A stretch of DNA of 40,998 bases from NCBI GenBank assembly GCA_039589315.1, contig JBDHHQ010000093.1:1-40998 (forward strand). The letters are read 5' to 3'. Below, piece after piece: positions 9,462-19,201 of the stretch. Origin of the DNA: Gemmatimonadota bacterium (GTDB taxonomy: Bacteria > Gemmatimonadota > Gemmatimonadetes > Longimicrobiales > Gaopeijiaceae). The notes beneath the pieces were generated by a model, which was not told where the DNA came from, did not search any database, and was given only the letters and a program-made list of their open reading frames with translations. The first letter of the stretch is position 1. The number at the start of each line of letters is the position of its first letter. Position numbers and translations under genes: made by a program.

Positions 9462-9594
9462 GGGCGGGCGAAAGCGCCTTTCGGCGGGGGCAGGTGTCCA
9501 TCCCGGGCACCATTGCCACCCGTGTCGGAATCCCGGGTCCGATACGCTTTCGCATCCGATCAAGCAGTGGAGATCGATTCACGGGAGGAGTGTG

Positions 9595-10102
9595 ATGGAC
9601 TTCGGATGGATGGAATCGTGGGCGCTCAGCCTCACGCGCAAAGGTAGGGTGGGCTGTCCTCGCCCTGACCGTCCTCGGCACGCTGGCGCCGACGTCAGGA
9701 GCTGCGGAGGACGGGCCCCTGCTCTTCGAGGACGATTTCGAGGACCGCTTGGCCCAATGGACCTTTCCCAAGGGAGTCGGTCACGAGCTAGTCCCGTCGG
9801 GTGATCCGCTCCATGGAACCGTGCTCAGCCTTCAGACCCGAAACCGCATCGTGGTCGCACTCATTCAAGGCAGCGAAGCATGGGGGGACGTGCGCATCGA
9901 GGGAGACGTGCTCTTCCCGGAGGATGCCCACAACCACCGGGGGTTCATCTATCGGTACGATGAGTCGGATGGACGGACGGACTTCGGCAGTCTCTACATC
10001 AAGGGGAATAGCAGCTACATCCGTGTGAACCCACACCACGACATGAACGTGGGACGCACGTTGTACGAGGAATTGCGCACGCCACTCACCGACGCTGCCG
10101 CC
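9595..10102 (+). pseudogene. truncated secreted beta-sandwich protein (DUF1080/ConA-like)
   Basis: GGAGG RBS and ATG at 9595 are out of frame with a signal-like AVLALTVLGTLA and LLFEDDFEDRLAQW...WGDVRIEGDV; ends at the IS630-like remnant. Confidence 0.45.
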
Positions 10103-10177
10103 ATCTGGACCAAATCCGCCAAAGAGATCATCGAGAAGATCCAACGTGGGCTAAGAACTTTAGAGGCAGTACACCAG
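10103..10177 (+). mobile_element. right-end remnant of an IS630-family element
   Basis: IWTKSAKEIIEKIQRGLRTLEAVH resembles the C-terminus of IS630 transposases; ends GCAGTACACCAG, like the ...ACACTAG IS630 terminus; lower GC than the flanks. Confidence 0.6.
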
Positions 10178-10223
10178 GGCTCAAGTGAGATGTCGTCGAT
10201 GCCCGCTGGGCCCTCGACGGCGG

Positions 10224-11549
10224 TCAGTCCGCCGCGTCGCCGAGCCACCGCCACAGGGTCGTCCGACTCACGCCGAGCAGCTCGGCGGCGCGGCCCTTGT
10301 GCCCGCCGGTCTCTTCCAGAGCCTGCGCGGCCACGTCGGCTCGCGTGCCGCCGTCGTCGGAAAGCACATCGTGTCGCCAGGCGTCTCGGATCTTCGAGGG
10401 AAGGTCCGATACGGTGAGCCGGGATCCGTCGGAACGGATCAACGACGATTCCACCACGGCCAGCAGCTCCCGGACGTTCCCTGGCCAGTCGTAGCTCTCC
10501 AGGGCACGGTACGCCAGATCCGTGGCCTCCGCGGGCTCTCCACTCCGAGAGGGACGAGCGCGAAGGAAATGCGTGACCAGCGCGGAGATGTCCATGGGCC
10601 GCTCGCGGAGCGGCGGGACGGCGACATTGAACACGCTCAGGCGGTAAAAGAGATCGGCGCGCAGACGGCCCTCCTCGACGAGCTCCTCCGGGCTCCGCTG
10701 GGTGGCAGCGATCACCCGGAAGTCGACCGGGCGCGGCTCCGTCGAGCCCACGGGTCGGACCTCACGCTCCTGGATGGCCCGGAGGAGTCGAGCCTGGACC
10801 GCCGGCGACACCTCCCCCATCTCGTCGAGGAAGATCGTGCCGCCTTCGGCGGCCCTGAAGAGTCCCTGGCGGCTGTCCACCGCCCCGGTGAACGCCCCTC
10901 GCTCGTGGCCGAAGAGCTCAGACTCGAGGAGGCTTTCGGGCATGGCGACGGTGTCGACCACCACGTAGGGGCCGTTCCTGCGGGCCGAGCACTGGTGGAT
11001 GGCCTTTGCGACGAGCTCCTTGCCGGTCCCGGTCTCGCCGGTGATCAGGACGGTGGACTCTGTCGGTCCGACGGTGTGGATCTGCTCGATGACCTCCCTG
11101 ATCTCCGGGGACACACCGACGATCCCGTGAAACGCGGAGGCATGCCCGCTCTCGCGGGTCTCCCGGGATCCGACGGCCCCGAGGAGGTGGCGCGACAGCT
11201 CTTCGGCCGAGCACGGCTTCTCGATGAACCCGTCCGCTTCGGGGTAGAGCACGCGGGCGGCGGAGCTCATGAGGGGACACCCCGTGACGACGAGGACCGC
11301 GGCCTCGCCCTGGTGATGGATCACCCTCTCGGTCTCCTTCAGGAGCCCCCCGTCGGGGATGCACACGTCGACGAGGACCGCGTCGACGGCTCCGTCGTCC
11401 AACATCGCGAGCGTGGCCCGGACATCCTCGGCACGACGGACGGCGTGGCCCTGCGGAGAAAGGACCGTGTCCACGAAGGCGTGAAACCCGCCAACGCGGT
11501 CCACAACCAGCACGGCATGACCGTTTCCGTCCGACTTCGCCTCCCCCAC
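10224..11549 (-). CDS. sigma-54-dependent response regulator (NtrC family bEBP)
   Basis: REC domain (VLVDV, FIEKP), GETGTGKE Walker A, ESELFGHERGAFTGA, FLDEMGE, YDWPGNVREL, Fis-type HTH; start uncertain. Confidence 0.92.
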   Translation of the reverse strand: MGEAKSDGNGHAVLVVDRVGGFHAFVDTVLSPQGHAVRRAEDVRATLAMLDDGAVDAVLVDVCIPDGGLLKETERVIHHQGEAAVLVVTGCPLMSSAARVLYPEADGFIEKPCSAEELSRHLLGAVGSRETRESGHASAFHGIVGVSPEIREVIEQIHTVGPTESTVLITGETGTGKELVAKAIHQCSARRNGPYVVVDTVAMPESLLESELFGHERGAFTGAVDSRQGLFRAAEGGTIFLDEMGEVSPAVQARLLRAIQEREVRPVGSTEPRPVDFRVIAATQRSPEELVEEGRLRADLFYRLSVFNVAVPPLRERPMDISALVTHFLRARPSRSGEPAEATDLAYRALESYDWPGNVRELLAVVESSLIRSDGSRLTVSDLPSKIRDAWRHDVLSDDGGTRADVAAQALEETGGHKGRAAELLGVSRTTLWRWLGDAAD

Positions 11550-11820
11550 GCTTCGTCTCACGCATCCCCCTCGAAACCGACCCCGGTACGGTACGAACAA
11601 TATGATTCGCGATTGTGGTCCACCGACAGCGGGCGATGGCCGGCGAGATCACGATCCGCACGTCGGAGCTTCCGCGCGCGCAGGCGCGGTCGGTGTCCAA
11701 CGGGCCTCCATGATCAAGGCCGATGCCACTTTGAGCGCTCTTTGCCAGGGAGGGGCCAGGTCATTGCGTGGCAGGTGCTTGAGTGATGGCGGCCCGGTGG
11801 GGATCACTGTCGTCAGCGAC

Positions 11821-11866
11821 GTTTCATGGACGGTTTCATAGGGTCCTATGAAACGGTTACGAAACA
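11821..11866. promoter_or_regulatory. GTTTCA/TGAAAC repeat cluster, candidate bEBP binding sites
   Basis: GTTTCATAG-ggtc-CTATGAAAC inverted repeat (11833-11854) with extra half sites either side, upstream of the bEBP gene. Confidence 0.5.
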
Positions 11867-11899
11867 GGACTGGGCCGAGGCCGGCCTGATCCCACGAGG

Positions 11900-12133
11900 T
11901 CATCGTGTGCCCGTCGACGGCACTCGATTGAAGATCCACCACGCAAGTGACCAGGCGCCGTGCTCATTCCTCCTCAACAACCAGACGTACTGACCGACCG
12001 GATCCGCTCCTTCCGGTCCGTAAGTTGCTCGTACGACAGCGATGTCATCGCGCACCTCCGAGCCCTCGACCACGACGTGCAGTGGATTGCGCCCACTCCT
12101 CCCCTCGAACGAGCGGGTCCATAGCTCACGAAA
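11900..12133 (-). pseudogene. C-terminal fragment of an NTF2/DUF4440-like protein
   Basis: HVVVEGSEVRDDIAVVRATY....VGQYVWLLRRNEHGAWSLAWWIFN; N-terminus replaced by the adjacent permease fragment. Confidence 0.6.
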
Positions 12134-13693
12134 CGCTGGCGCGACCGTTTCGGGGGCGACCCAGACGTCCTGGGTCAGACCGTCCGCCTCAACGATCGGC
12201 CGTTCACCATCGTGGGCGTGCTCCCCGACGACTTCGAGCTCACGGGCACGTCGGCCCGCATGTGGCGACTCAAGGCCGGATCGTCCACCGATTCCGGGAT
12301 AGGGGAGCACGGGGGCACGCGAGCCATCGCCCGGCTGGCCGCCGGGATTACGGTCGAGCAGGCGCGCTCCGAGGTGGAGCGGATTCTCCAGGGGTCCCTG
12401 CCTCCGGAGCACGGACTGCACGGGGCGTCGGTGTTCCCCCGCAAGACGGAGGAGACGCGGGCCGTCCGACCGGTCCTGTTCGGGCTCCTCATCGCGGCGG
12501 GGCTTCTGCTGGTGGTTGCTTGCGGCAACGTGGCAGCCCTCCTCCTGGGAGCCGGCATCGACCGGGAGCGGGAGCTGGCCGTGCGTGGCGCCGTGGGGGC
12601 CTCCCGAACTCGGATCGTCCAACAGCTTCTGAGCGAAAGCACGATGCTCGCCCTCGTTGGAGCGCTGGGCGGCATCGGCTTCGCAGCGCTGGGCGTGAAG
12701 GCACTGGTCTTCTTGGCGCCTCCGGGCGTGCCACGCCTCGAGGACGCCGCCCTGAACCCCACCGCCCTGGCCTTCGCAATCGGTCTGGCGCTCGTGTGCG
12801 GGATCGGCTTCGGTTCGATCCCCGCGCTGAGCTTGTCGAGCCTGGACCTGGCGTCCGCCATCGGCTCGACCCGGACCACCAGCGGCAAGCGGACGCGGCT
12901 CCAGTCGACGCTGGTGGTGGGTGAGCTGGCGCTGGCCACGGTGCTCATCGTCGCGGGGGGCCTTCTTGGGCGCACGGTGAGCGCGCTCAACGGGGTCGAC
13001 CCGGGGTTCGACCACGAGCGTCTGGTGGTGGCCTCCATCGCGACGCCGTACCAACGGTTCAACACGGGAGATGACGAGGCCGACCGGGCCGCCCTCGACC
13101 AATACGTCCAGCAGATGGTCGACGAGGTCAGGTCGATCCCATCCGTCACGGCAGTGGCGGTTTCGCGGGTGCCCCCCTTTTTCAACCTCCGAGGCAACAA
13201 CGACGTCCATCCCGAGGGATGGCCCGACCGCGACAGCGCCCCCTTCGCGGAGCGCCGCTTGGTGTCGGTAGGCTACTTCGAGGCACTGGGCATCCCGATC
13301 GTCGAGGGTCGCGCCTTCGACGCAACCGACAACGACCCGGGCGTCACGCCCACGGTCATCGTCTCGGAGGGTCTGGCCGACCTGGCTTGGCTGGGTGAGT
13401 CTGCCTTGAGCAAGCGTCTCGAGTATTGGGGAAAGGACGCGGTGGTCGTGGGCGTTGCAGCCAAGATCCGCGACGAAGAGCTCCAGCGCGTCACGGAGCT
13501 CTCCTTCTATGCCCCTGCCCGGCAGAACGGGGCGCTGCAGGGGCCGTTCCTGATCCGTACGTCGGGCGATCCGGCGGCCGTCACCTTGACGTTGGTCGCG
13601 GTGGCGCTTCCGCTTTTCGCGGCGCTCGCCGCTGCCGCGCCAGCACGCCGGGCTACGAAGGTGGATCCGCTTGTGGCGCTGAAGACGGAGTGA
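12134..13693 (+). pseudogene. ABC permease (ADOP-type) remnant, 5'-truncated with an internal deletion
   Basis: Begins mid-protein at WRDRFGGDPDVLGQTVRLN; jumps from IRTSGDPAAV directly to the last helix and PARRATKVDPLVALKTE, so the second FtsX domain is missing. Confidence 0.85.
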
Positions 13694-13712
13694 CTGGAAG
13701 ACGGAGTGACTG
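13681..13712 (+). repeat. 16-bp perfect tandem duplication
   Basis: GAAGACGGAGTGACTG x2 spanning the permease stop codon. Confidence 0.85.
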
Positions 13713-13791
13713 GGGCCGCCGTCAGAAACGGTGGGCTCGAACTGCATGCGTGACAGGCGGCCTATATCCGACGCGCCCTGGTAGCCGTCGG

Positions 13792-13821
13792 GGCCTCCCC
13801 CTCCCACAGGAGGGGAAGGCC
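13792..13821. terminator. GC hairpin between convergent genes
   Basis: GGCCTCCCCCTCC-caca-GGAGGGGAAGGCC; only a short T run follows. Confidence 0.45.
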
Positions 13822-13834
13822 TTGTTCAAGCGTG

Positions 13835-14363
13835 CTAGAACGTGGGGGGGAATGGCAGGAAGACTTCTGGAAGCTCGGTGTTGCCCGGCGCTTCCGCGCC
13901 TGCCTCAGGGATGATCGGGCACAAGACCACCACGCCGGGGGTGGCGATGGTCACCAGGCCCGGCGACCTCTGCATCCAGAATGTCCTCCACGTCGTCGAA
14001 AAGGGCCTCGGGGTAGTGGGCCGACACGTAGGAACTCGCCAGGATGTCGGCCAGGGTCTTGCCGGCGGCCGTATTGACCATGTTCACGTTCCAGTGGGGC
14101 GTGTAGCCCGCTTCGCCCGGGATGAACTCGGCCACGTTGGCTTGATAGACCCGGTCGCCGCCGATCAGGTACAGGTCGTTCTCACCACGTTGCGTCTCCT
14201 CCTCCTCGTACCACCCGTTGGCCGTCGTCACTCCACCTCCCCTGTGCATCGAGAGCATGGGCGAGAGAGCGAGATCGTCGTCCGCTGCGGGCGCGACGAC
14301 GTCCGTGTCCCCACACCCCGCGAGGAGGAGAAGTCCGCACAGGCCGACTGCAGCGTACCGCAT
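13835..14363 (-). pseudogene. lipoprotein of unknown function, frameshifted near 13960
   Basis: GGAGG RBS; MRYAAVGLCGLLLLAGC lipobox; IPGEAGYTPHWNV motif; a natural-looking C-terminus (LVTIATPGVVVLCPII...PPTF*) lies in another frame. Confidence 0.65.
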
Positions 14364-14421
14364 GAGCACCTCCTGTTCCGCTGTGTCCGCCGGGAGTCGC
14401 TCCCGGGCCCCCACTGGAGGG

Positions 14422-14436
14422 GCAAGTCCTGTTCCA
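14422..14436 (-). promoter_or_regulatory. sigma-54 -24/-12 promoter for the lipoprotein gene
   Basis: TGGAACAGGACTTGC = GG-N10-GC with TTGC, ~60 nt upstream of the ATG. Confidence 0.55.
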
Positions 14437-14757
14437 GACCTTCCGATCACCGCATCTATTTGGTACACCATCACTTATCGACTCCGACACGGTTCTTCGA
14501 CTGTTACACGGGCCCTCTTCGAGGCCCGCGACGTGTTCCATGGAACGCTGCTCGGGAGACGGTGCGGCCCACGAGGGCAGGCTGCCCATCGCGAAGATCA
14601 TCCGACCGACCACCGCCGAGGACGTTCCAGGGCGTCGCGAGGCCGACCTCGGGCTGTTCCAATGAAACATCCCGAGAGCACCGAGAGTCGGCGCTTCGAT
14701 CTACGTAAGTGGTGTCAGAAACACGATTTGGAGGCCGGTGGCACGGAGCCGCCAGCA

Positions 14758-14773
14758 GGGCACTGCTCTTGCT
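14758..14773 (+). promoter_or_regulatory. sigma-54 -24/-12 promoter for the peroxiredoxin/DoxX pair
   Basis: GGGCACTGCTCTTGCT = GGCAC-N5-TTGC, ~55 nt upstream of the ATG at 14826. Confidence 0.6.
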
Positions 14774-14825
14774 TTTCGTAAGGCCGGAGCAGTCGCATCG
14801 ACTTCCGGACGAGGAGCTGACGAGG

Positions 14826-15353
14826 ATGAGCGCGCCAGGGACCACATCGACTCGAGAACCGGCGATCCGGCTCGCCGTTGGGGAGCGCTTTCCACCCCTG
14901 ACGGGCTCCCTGGTGGGCGGCGGTCGCGTCGACCTTCCCGCCGACGTGTCGGACGGATGGGCCGTGCTGCTCTTCTACCGCGGGCACTGGTGCCCCTATT
15001 GCCGCAAGCAACTCGACGACTTCCAGCGAAATCTCGACCGATTTCGGGACGTGGACGTTCGGGTCATCGCCTTGAGCGCGGATCCCGAGTCCGAGGCCGG
15101 TGCGACCGTGGAGCAGCACCGGATCGAGTTCCCGGTGGCCTACGGCCTCAATCCGGTCAGCACGCGGGACACCCTCGGGACCTACCTCGGGGACGACGAC
15201 GCGTTCATCCAGGCCTCCGGCTTCGTGCTCGGGCCTGGGGGTCGCACGATGTTGGCCGTCTACTCGAGCGGGGCCGTCGGTCGCCTGGTGGCCGCCGACG
15301 TCCTCGGACTCATCCGGTACGCTCGGAAGCAGGAGGAGGAAGGCTCCGGGTGA
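14826..15353 (+). CDS. peroxiredoxin-like AhpC/TSA family protein
   Basis: LAVGERFP...VLLFYRGHWCPYCRKQL CxxC motif; VIALSAD. Confidence 0.9.
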   Translation: MSAPGTTSTREPAIRLAVGERFPPLTGSLVGGGRVDLPADVSDGWAVLLFYRGHWCPYCRKQLDDFQRNLDRFRDVDVRVIALSADPESEAGATVEQHRIEFPVAYGLNPVSTRDTLGTYLGDDDAFIQASGFVLGPGGRTMLAVYSSGAVGRLVAADVLGLIRYARKQEEEGSG

Positions 15354-15393
15354 AGCCCCGGAATCAGCGACCGACGATCGACGGAGCTCGTTG

Positions 15394-15828
15394 ATGGAAG
15401 ACCTGACACGCATCGCAAAACGGATGGCGGAACCTCTTCTTCGGATCTCCCTGGGAGTGGTGCTCCTCTGGATCGGGGCCTTGAAGTTCGTGGATCCAGC
15501 CCCCGTGGTGGGCCTACTGGAGGCGTCCATCCCGTTCCTCGCCTTCGCGGGATTCGTCTACGTCCTTGGAGTCCTGGAGGTCGCCGGCGGAGCCTTGCTT
15601 TTCGCCGGCAAGGGGACCCAGTGGGTCTCCGCAGGACTCGTCGTACTCTTCGGCGGCACGCTGATGATCTTCCTCATCGCTCCGATGGTCAGCTACGGGG
15701 AGGCCGGCTTTCCGTTCCTCACGCTGGCCGGTGAGTTCCTCCTCAAGGATCTCGTCCTCCTCGCCGCCGCCGTGAGCCTCATCGCCTTGAGGGGCGACAG
15801 GATGGCCGAGGGGGGCACGCCCGCCTGA
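15394..15828 (+). CDS. DoxX/DUF417 family membrane protein
   Basis: LLRISLGVVLLWIGALKF...GVLEV...GEFLLKDLVLL; GGAG RBS. Confidence 0.85.
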   Translation: MEDLTRIAKRMAEPLLRISLGVVLLWIGALKFVDPAPVVGLLEASIPFLAFAGFVYVLGVLEVAGGALLFAGKGTQWVSAGLVVLFGGTLMIFLIAPMVSYGEAGFPFLTLAGEFLLKDLVLLAAAVSLIALRGDRMAEGGTPA

Positions 15829-16248
15829 GCCACTCAGCGCCCTCCCGCGCCGCGGAAGGACAGCAGGCCTGGACTCGACCTGCGTGTGGAGCGATAAGGA
15901 CGGGATGCACACGCATTGGACGCGCTGCCTGCCGCTCGACGTATTCCGCGAGCTGTGTGAAGGGGGATGAGCTCGAGGTATTCCGGCGGACATGGTGTCG
16001 TTTCGATTCTCCCGCAGCCTCGGTGATGGTGGAAGGAGGTCGCTTCGAGCGTCCTCACGTCCTCTCCGAGGGAGATCCCGGCTGCGACATGTTGTGGACC
16101 GTGAAATAGCCCGTCGGTCAGAGTTGTCCACTCTTGATCCTGTCCCTCCCTCGTATCCCTGTCCTCGCACGCGTGGCTGCTACCTCGGCCACGCAGAGTC
16201 GCGACCGTCCAACGCGCGACGTCCTCATCTCGTTTGCAGGGCTGTCCT

Positions 16249-17381
16249 ACGGGGCAGCTCTGGGACCATGATCCGGATCACTGGATCACAAAACTGGCTC
16301 CAGTCGAGTACCTCCCGAAGGCCAAGGCCCCGAAGTGGAGTGCCTTCATCAGTCGAATCACGAAGCAAAACACTGGGTTGTCCTGGTACCTGAAGCGCCT
16401 GGTTGGCTATTGCCTCACGGGGGAGACGAGGGAGCAGAAGATGTTCCTGCTCGTTGGCGCGGGAGCCAATGGGAAGAGCACCTTTCTCGAGGTCATTAGG
16501 GCCGTCATGGTGAGTACGCTATGCAGACACCGATGGACACGCTGGTGGCCCGGCCCAAGGCGGCCCAGACCAACGACATCGCACGGCTGAAGGGAGTCCA
16601 CTTGGTCACGGCCTCTGAGACTGAGATGAATCAGCATCTGTCAGAGGCTCTTGTGAAACGATTGACCGGGGGCGACCGAATAGCGGCCAGGTTCCTCTAC
16701 AGCGAGTTCTTTGAGTTCACGCCGAAGTTCAAGATCCTCCTCGCCGTGAACCACCTGCCCCGCATCGGCGGCAGGGATCAGGGAATCTGGCGTCGGATGG
16801 AGGTGGCTCCCTTTGATGTCGTCATCCCGCCGGCAGAGCGCGATCACGGGTTGATGGAGCGGCTACTGGAGGAGCGCGAGGGCATCCTCAGATGGGCTGT
16901 CGAGGGCGCGGTGGAGTGGTACAGCCATGGGCTGAATCCTCCGGCGGCGGTCCGTCGAGCCACTGAGGCATACCAAACCGCTGAGGTCGCCACGAGTCGT
17001 CCACGGGCCTACCGGTCTCCAAATGCATTGGGCGTGCGGGAGTTCATTGCCGAATCCTGCACCATTGGTCCCGGACTGGCGTGTGAGGTTGGAGACCTCT
17101 TCGAATCGTACCTCGAGTGGTTCAGGCGTGAGACGGCGTCTCCGCTATCGCTGACTGCCTTTGGCCGGACCCTCACCGAGCTTGGGTTCGGGCGAGACCG
17201 GAAGGCACCGGGTGGCCGCACCAGGCGCCTAGGCCTCGCCCTTCGAAGGGATGAAGGGTTTGAACAGTCTGCTAATCAAACTCCCTCCATGGCTCCTTCC
17301 TCTAGCCCTCCTTCTTCCTTGACCGTTCAAGACCCCTCAGCGGTTCAGCAGGAAGAGGGGGAAGATCATGGACTCTCATGA
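16249..17381 (+). pseudogene. P4-family phage/plasmid primase-helicase (D5-like), 5'-truncated and frameshifted
   Basis: HDPDHWITK, GYCLTGETREQKMFLLVGAGANGKSTF (Walker A), frameshift near 16510, then DIARLKG..ASE..VKRLTGGDRIAARFLY, GIWRR. Confidence 0.88.
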
Positions 17382-17749
17382 TGAGCATAGCGGTGAAGCT
17401 TGGCCGAGAGTGGAAGGACCTGGCGTGCCAGCAGCGAGAGCTGGGCGCAAAAGCTCAGGCGTGCACGCTGGAGTGGTGCGCTCGGGAGTTGGAGCGGGCT
17501 TGGGTCGACGACCTCGAAGGGCTCCTGAGCCTTCGAGAGGCTGCCGTCGAGTCCGGCTATAGCGCGGACCACTTGGGCCGCTTGGTGCGGGAGGGCAAGA
17601 TCCCCAACGCGGGCCGCCCCGGAGCCCCCAGGATCGCCCGTAGAGATCTCCCTCTGAAGGCCGGGGGGTTGACCCCCTCCCCTCCCGCCGTCGAGGTTCC
17701 AGCCACGAAGGAGCAGATCGTGCAGTCCGTCATCGCCGAAGGAGGCTGA
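17378..17749 (+). CDS. HTH DNA-binding protein (excisionase-like)
   Basis: LLSLREAAVESGYSADHLGRLVREGKIPN..RPGAPRIARRDL; coupled to the integrase start. Confidence 0.75.
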   Translation: MMSIAVKLGREWKDLACQQRELGAKAQACTLEWCARELERAWVDDLEGLLSLREAAVESGYSADHLGRLVREGKIPNAGRPGAPRIARRDLPLKAGGLTPSPPAVEVPATKEQIVQSVIAEGG

Positions 17750-18890
17750 TGATGGCAAGCACGAAGACACACTGGAGCTACCTGGCAGGAGAGCGGGGCA
17801 GGAACAGGGTCAGGGTGTTCGCTCACCAGACCACCGGTGTCATCCAGCTGGAGTACTACGACCGAGGCGACCGGAAGCGGCGGTCGCTCGGTCATCGCGA
17901 CCGCGACCGGGCCAAGACCCAGGCCGACGAAGTCGCCGCCAAGCTGGGGAAGGCCCTGACCGTCCGCTCTGACGACATCACGCTCCTGGAGCTGTTTGAC
18001 ATCTATTCGGGTGAGGTGACGCCGCGGAAGACGCCGGGCAAGCAGGGCCACGACCGGAGCTGCGTGGAGATGCTGTCACGGTTCCTGGGCCGGAGCCGGC
18101 AGGCAAAGAGCCTCAGTCGTCGAGACTGGGACGCCTTCATAGAGGCTCGCCGGAAGGGGACAATTGCCCCCGCTCAGGCCCGAGTCCCGGGTGGAGTGGG
18201 CGATCGCCAGATCGGATACGATCTGAAGTTCCTGTTGTCAGTGCTGACGTGGGCGACCCAGGCCGGTGACGGGCATGGCGGTACCCTTCTGGAGCGAAAC
18301 CCCCTGAGGGGACTAACGCCACCGAAGGAGGAGAGCCCGGCCCGTCCGATGATGCCCGAGCGTCGATATCAGGCAATGCTGGAGACGGCCTCCGGCATGG
18401 ATTGGCGTTTCGCGGTGGCTCTGGTCCTAGCCCACGAGACGGGACACGGTGGTCAAACGTGGACCTGGAGCGCGGTACGATCCGCTGGCCCAAGGCCAGT
18501 GACAAGATCGGCTTCGAGCATGAGACGCCGCTGACAGCCGCTGCCGTCGACGCTCTGAGGACGGCCAGGACGGAGCGGGCGGGTATCGGGGACGCATGGG
18601 TGCTCCCGAGCCCAGGGGACCCCGCGAAGCCGTGTTCGCGGCACCTCATGCGCGATTGGTGGCTCCGGTGTGAACGCCGAGCCGAGCTGCCGCACATCAA
18701 GCAGATGGGCTGGCACAGCCTGCGCCGGAAGTTCGCGACTTAGTTGAAGGCCGATACTCCACTGAAGGACCTGTGTTACCTGGGGGGCTGGAAGAGTCAT
18801 CAGACGGTCCTGATGTGTTATCAGCAGGCTGATGAGGACACGATGCGATCGGCTCTCGAACGCCGAGCTGAGCGTAGAAACGGCTTCTGA
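17749..18890 (+). pseudogene. tyrosine recombinase/integrase, inactivated
   Basis: LAHETGH then a deletion/frameshift near 18447 removing the catalytic-Arg region; RWSNVDLERGTIRW; GWHSLRRKFAT, in-frame TAG at 18741-18743, LGGWKSHQTVLMCYQQAD. Confidence 0.9.
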
Positions 18891-18914
18891 ACCGACACAC
18901 CTTACCGACACACC
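18891..18914 (+). repeat. tandem 11-bp direct repeat (candidate integrase arm site)
   Basis: ACCGACACACC-tt-ACCGACACACC immediately after the integrase stop. Confidence 0.7.
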
Positions 18915-18935
18915 CCACGTGTCGGCAGGCTACAG

Positions 18936-18969
18936 AAAACCCCGCCCGAGGCTGTAACCTCAAGCGGGG
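18936..18969 (-). terminator. intrinsic terminator-like hairpin downstream of the att/tRNA 3' fragment
   Basis: CCCCGC/GCGGGG and GAGG/CCTC stems followed by TTTT on the minus strand. Confidence 0.55.
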
Positions 18970-18984
18970 CTGGGTGCTGCGAAG

Positions 18985-19029
18985 ATGGGCCTGGGTAGAC
19001 TCGAACTACCGACCTCACGCTTATCAGGC
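18985..19029 (-). repeat. att site: exact 45-bp duplication of the tRNA-Ile 3' end
   Basis: ATGGGCCTGGGTAGACTCGAACTACCGACCTCACGCTTATCAGGC is identical to 36721-36765. Confidence 0.95.
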
Positions 19030-19053
19030 TCAGACCGGACAAGCCCATATCGA

Positions 19054-19162
19054 GCAACCTGCACGGATTCAAGCACTTAACTCAGGCGGCGCGCGCAACC
19101 TGCACGGCTTCAGACGCCGTCTTGAGCAACCTGCACGGGTCATTGACAGTGGAATTGACAGT
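19054..19162 (+). repeat. direct repeats inside the att (candidate arm/accessory sites)
   Basis: GCAACCTGCACGG x3 (19054, 19095, 19126) and ATTGACAGT x2 (19142, 19154). Confidence 0.8.
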
Positions 19163-19201
19163 AGGAGACCCGCAACCTGAATGGCGTAGGAGACTCGGAG
19201 G

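Noticed and set aside
14739..14753. TGGCACGGAGCCGC as a sigma-54 promoter
   Set aside because: GG-to-GC spacing is 9 rather than 10 and there is no TTGC; the site at 14758-14773 fits properly.
19054..19138. GCAACCTGCACGG x3 as a mini-CRISPR
   Set aside because: The repeat is only 13 bp, spacers are unequal (28 and 18 bp), there are no cas genes, and the position beside an att explains it.
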